Shown here: piece by piece, positions 61,415 to 64,000 of the stretch
Position numbering within the stretch: position 1 is the stretch's first letter
Layout of the letters: the number at the start of each line of letters is the position of its first letter
Assembly: GCA_965262715.1 (NCBI GenBank)
Contig: OZ253553.1
Coordinates: 2,720,001-2,784,000, forward strand
Direction of reading: 5' to 3'
Length of the DNA stretch: 64,000 nt
DNA from: Bdellovibrionales bacterium
GTDB lineage: Bacteria; Bdellovibrionota; Bdellovibrionia; Bdellovibrionales; JAUICD01
Translations under genes and position numbers: made by a program
The notes under the pieces: model-generated
Databases searched by the model: none
The model's input: only the letters and a program-made list of their open reading frames with translations
What the model was told of the DNA's origin: nothing

Positions 61415-61510
61415 AGCAAAATACATGCCAAGCTAAAAGCAGGAATAAACAAGGTTTCAGATTTAAAACATAAGATATTGTCCAACAACTTGGACATCGA
61501 ATCCGGATTT
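61415..61510 (-). promoter_or_regulatory. Rpn leader: sigma54-type promoter plus upstream palindromes
   Basis: Same motifs as 27474-27570. Confidence 0.65.
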
Positions 61511-61765
61511 CATACATTTATTTTATTTGTTTTTGTAAGACATACTTATTTAAAGTTTTTATTTAATGTTGAAAGACTAACTGTTAAGAGGATTAAAAAG
61601 AGGCCTTTATTGTCAAAAGAACTTGCCAGAAAACTCACTAGCACGAAGCTAAATATTTAAAATTTATTTTTTATAGCCCTGCACAAAAATTTGAAATACA
61701 CTATAAACTTTAGTATTTTCTATATAGTTCGTATTTTAAAAAAAAGAAGATAGGGTAAGAAATTT

Positions 61766-61900
61766 ATGACAAAAGAACCATCATTAGCAAATATGGAGAA
61801 ACTGACTGGAGAGTTAAGAGATAGCTTTATTGAATCTAAAAAGTTAGAAAAGCAAATTAAAGAAAACTTAGCAGGTATTGGTTTTAAGATAAGCTTATGA
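61766..61900 (+). CDS. 44-aa mini-HsdM (N-terminal ~9 aa joined in frame to the C-terminal 35 aa of HsdM)
   Basis: MTKEPSLANMEKLTGELRDSFIESKKLEKQIKENLAGIGFKISL*; upstream 61681-61745 duplicates the hsdM upstream region ~36758-36822. Confidence 0.75.
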   Translation: MTKEPSLANMEKLTGELRDSFIESKKLEKQIKENLAGIGFKISL

Positions 61901-64000
61901 ATATAACTTTTTTAGAGCAATCCATTCAAAATTTAGAAAAAGCCTTAGACAGATACCATAAACATAAAGAGGATAAAAGCACGTTAAAGGATATTTTTAA
62001 AGATTCTTGTATTTACAGATTTAAAAACACTTATGAAATTACTTTTAAAATGATGAAAAGGTATTTAAAGGAAGCTTCCAGCAATCCTTTTGAAATTGAA
62101 AAATTAACATTCAATCAAATAATCGAAGAAGCTTTTACAGCTTCTATTATTAAGTTGGAGGTTAAAGATTGGAAAAAGTTTAGAGAGCACTGCATAAGGA
62201 TGAGTGAATTTTATAAAGAAGACGAGGGTGATGAAGTTTTAAAAGAAATTCCACTTTTTTTAGAAGATGTTAAATACTTCATTAGCCGTCTTAATGAAAG
62301 CTTATCACCGGAGAAAGAAATAACGAATAAGCATGATAAGCCTGATATTCACCCCGGTCATCTTAAAATTGTTCAAGACATTTTGAATAAGACCCTTTCA
62401 AGTGATGTAAAGGTATGGGTTTATGGCAATCGTGCTAAGTGGGCCACTCTTGATTCTTCTGATCTGGATTTAGCTTTAGAGGGTACAGGTAAAATTGATA
62501 ATAACACTATAAGTCAACTGGAACATGATTTTGAAGAGAGTGACCTACCTTATGAAGTGGATATTGTGGATATAGCAGTAGTACAGCCTTTTTTCAAGGA
62601 TGTTATCAATAAAGATAAAGTTTTATTAGATCGTTATGCTTCAATGAAAAAAAAGAAGACTATTCCAAAAGGTTGGCGAAAAGTGAGATTAGGGGATTTA
62701 ATTGATATTAAACATGGTTATGCATTTGATGGCAAACATATAACAAATGACGTTAACGAAAATATTTTAGTAACTCCAGACAACTTTCATATTGGAGGAG
62801 GATTTAAATCTTCAAAATTAAAATATTGCAATGGTGATATTCCAGCAGATTACATCTTAAGTGAAGGTGATAAAATTGTAACAATGACAGATTTAAGTAA
62901 AGAAGGAGATACACTTGGTTATTCTGCAAAAATTCCTAAAAGCAAAAATGGTGAAATATATTTACATAATCAAAGAATAGGATTACTTCAATACCAATCA
63001 AAAGATGTTTATGAAGACTTTATTTATTGGATAATGAGGAGTAATAAGTATCAACAATTTATAGTTAGTGCTGCTACTGGTACTTCTGTAAGACATACAT
63101 CCCCAACAGCTATTAAAAAATACAAATTTTATTTGCCACCTCTTCCTGAGCAGAAAGCAATTACAGAAATATTATCAAGTTTAGATCACAAGATAGAGCA
63201 AAATCAAAATATAAATAAGGCATTGGATGAAATGACACAAGCTATTTTCAAGTCATGGTTTGTTGATTTTGACCCTGTTCATGCAAAAAAGATGGTTTTA
63301 GAGGCAGGGTTATCAAAAAAGAAGGCAGAGCGAGCAGCAATGGCAGTGATTACTGGAATGTGCAGTCCCAAGCTGTTTATAGAAAATATTAAGCAGATGG
63401 ATCACAGTTTAAGTGAAAAGTTATCTAAGATGAGTCAAAACAAGAGAGATAAGTTATCTTACACAGCATCATTATTTCCAAATGAGTTTGTAGACAGCAA
63501 CCTTGGCCTCATCCCTAAAGATTGGTCTTGTAAATCTATAGGCAACATTGCAACTGTTATAGAAGGAGGAACTCCTGCAACCAAAAATAAAAAATATTAT
63601 TGTAACAAAGGGGAGGGAATTCCATGGTTGACACCAAAGGATCTCTCTAGATATTCATGGAAATATATCTCCAGTGGAGCAATAGACATAACTGAGTCTG
63701 GGTTAATAAATTCGGGCGCAAAAATAGTACTTAAAGGGACTGTACTGATTTCCTCGAGAGATCCAATTGGTTATATAGCAATTGCTGAAAATAAATTGTC
63801 TATAAATCAAAATTTTAAGTGTTTAGTTCCTCATATTGATACTCAATTTCTTTATTACTGGGCAAAAAGTAATATTGATAACATAGAAGCTGCAGCTACA
63901 ACAGGTCTTACGTTCAAAAAGATAACCAGAAGGAATATAGAAAATCTTAAACTTGTAGTGCCAAATAGAGATATCATGAACCAATTTAATCGATTCACAG
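61897..64000 (+). CDS. hsdS: HEPN-MNT-HsdS triple fusion, partial (runs off the window)
   Basis: Hand translation is open from ATG 61897 to the end: DSCIYRFKNTYE (HEPN), VYGNRA..SDLDL (MNT), IPKGW..LPPLPEQKAI..second TRD. Confidence 0.9.
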   Translation, partial: MNITFLEQSIQNLEKALDRYHKHKEDKSTLKDIFKDSCIYRFKNTYEITFKMMKRYLKEASSNPFEIEKLTFNQIIEEAFTASIIKLEVKDWKKFREHCIRMSEFYKEDEGDEVLKEIPLFLEDVKYFISRLNESLSPEKEITNKHDKPDIHPGHLKIVQDILNKTLSSDVKVWVYGNRAKWATLDSSDLDLALEGTGKIDNNTISQLEHDFEESDLPYEVDIVDIAVVQPFFKDVINKDKVLLDRYASMKKKKTIPKGWRKVRLGDLIDIKHGYAFDGKHITNDVNENILVTPDNFHIGGGFKSSKLKYCNGDIPADYILSEGDKIVTMTDLSKEGDTLGYSAKIPKSKNGEIYLHNQRIGLLQYQSKDVYEDFIYWIMRSNKYQQFIVSAATGTSVRHTSPTAIKKYKFYLPPLPEQKAITEILSSLDHKIEQNQNINKALDEMTQAIFKSWFVDFDPVHAKKMVLEAGLSKKKAERAAMAVITGMCSPKLFIENIKQMDHSLSEKLSKMSQNKRDKLSYTASLFPNEFVDSNLGLIPKDWSCKSIGNIATVIEGGTPATKNKKYYCNKGEGIPWLTPKDLSRYSWKYISSGAIDITESGLINSGAKIVLKGTVLISSRDPIGYIAIAENKLSINQNFKCLVPHIDTQFLYYWAKSNIDNIEAAATTGLTFKKITRRNIENLKLVVPNRDIMNQFNRFT

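Larger units (their letters stand above)
54648..61517. repeat. Rpn block, copy 2
   Basis: Direct repeat of 21903-27576. Confidence 0.9.

Noticed and set aside
61478..61660. 60-aa ORF
   Set aside because: It starts within the Rpn leader; the 3' part is a remnant homologous to a small degenerate ORF at ~14730-14887.
1..64000. tRNA, rRNA, prophage structural genes, cas genes
   Set aside because: None recognised by eye; a tRNAscan/Infernal run would be needed to exclude small RNAs.

Overview
AT-rich bacterial window, most consistent with a Bdellovibrionota-type genome (inferred from FQNC-motif lipoproteins, an RCC1-repeat protein, an AgmX/PglI-type protein and a ppiC-surA-pdxA cluster). Bases 1-13 kb hold mostly housekeeping and envelope genes, interrupted by a family of ~150-330 bp structured repeats whose stems covary between copies. 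Bases 13-21 kb are a decaying accessory zone: broken TA toxins and an interrupted Cys-rich repeat surface protein. Bases 21-64 kb are a defence island with: several Rpn-family nuclease loci carrying tandem arrays of stand-alone C-terminal (RpnS-like) modules behind a conserved sigma54-type promoter; a type I R-M system whose HsdS is fused to a minimal nucleotidyltransferase (MNT) and preceded by three HEPN genes; a second HEPN-MNT-HsdS triple fusion missed by the ORF track; a single-chain Hachiman-like HamA-HamB fusion; a KAP NTPase; and IS30, IS256 and ISNCY-like elements. No tRNA, rRNA or CRISPR array was seen. Family assignments come from motif recognition only; no searches were run.
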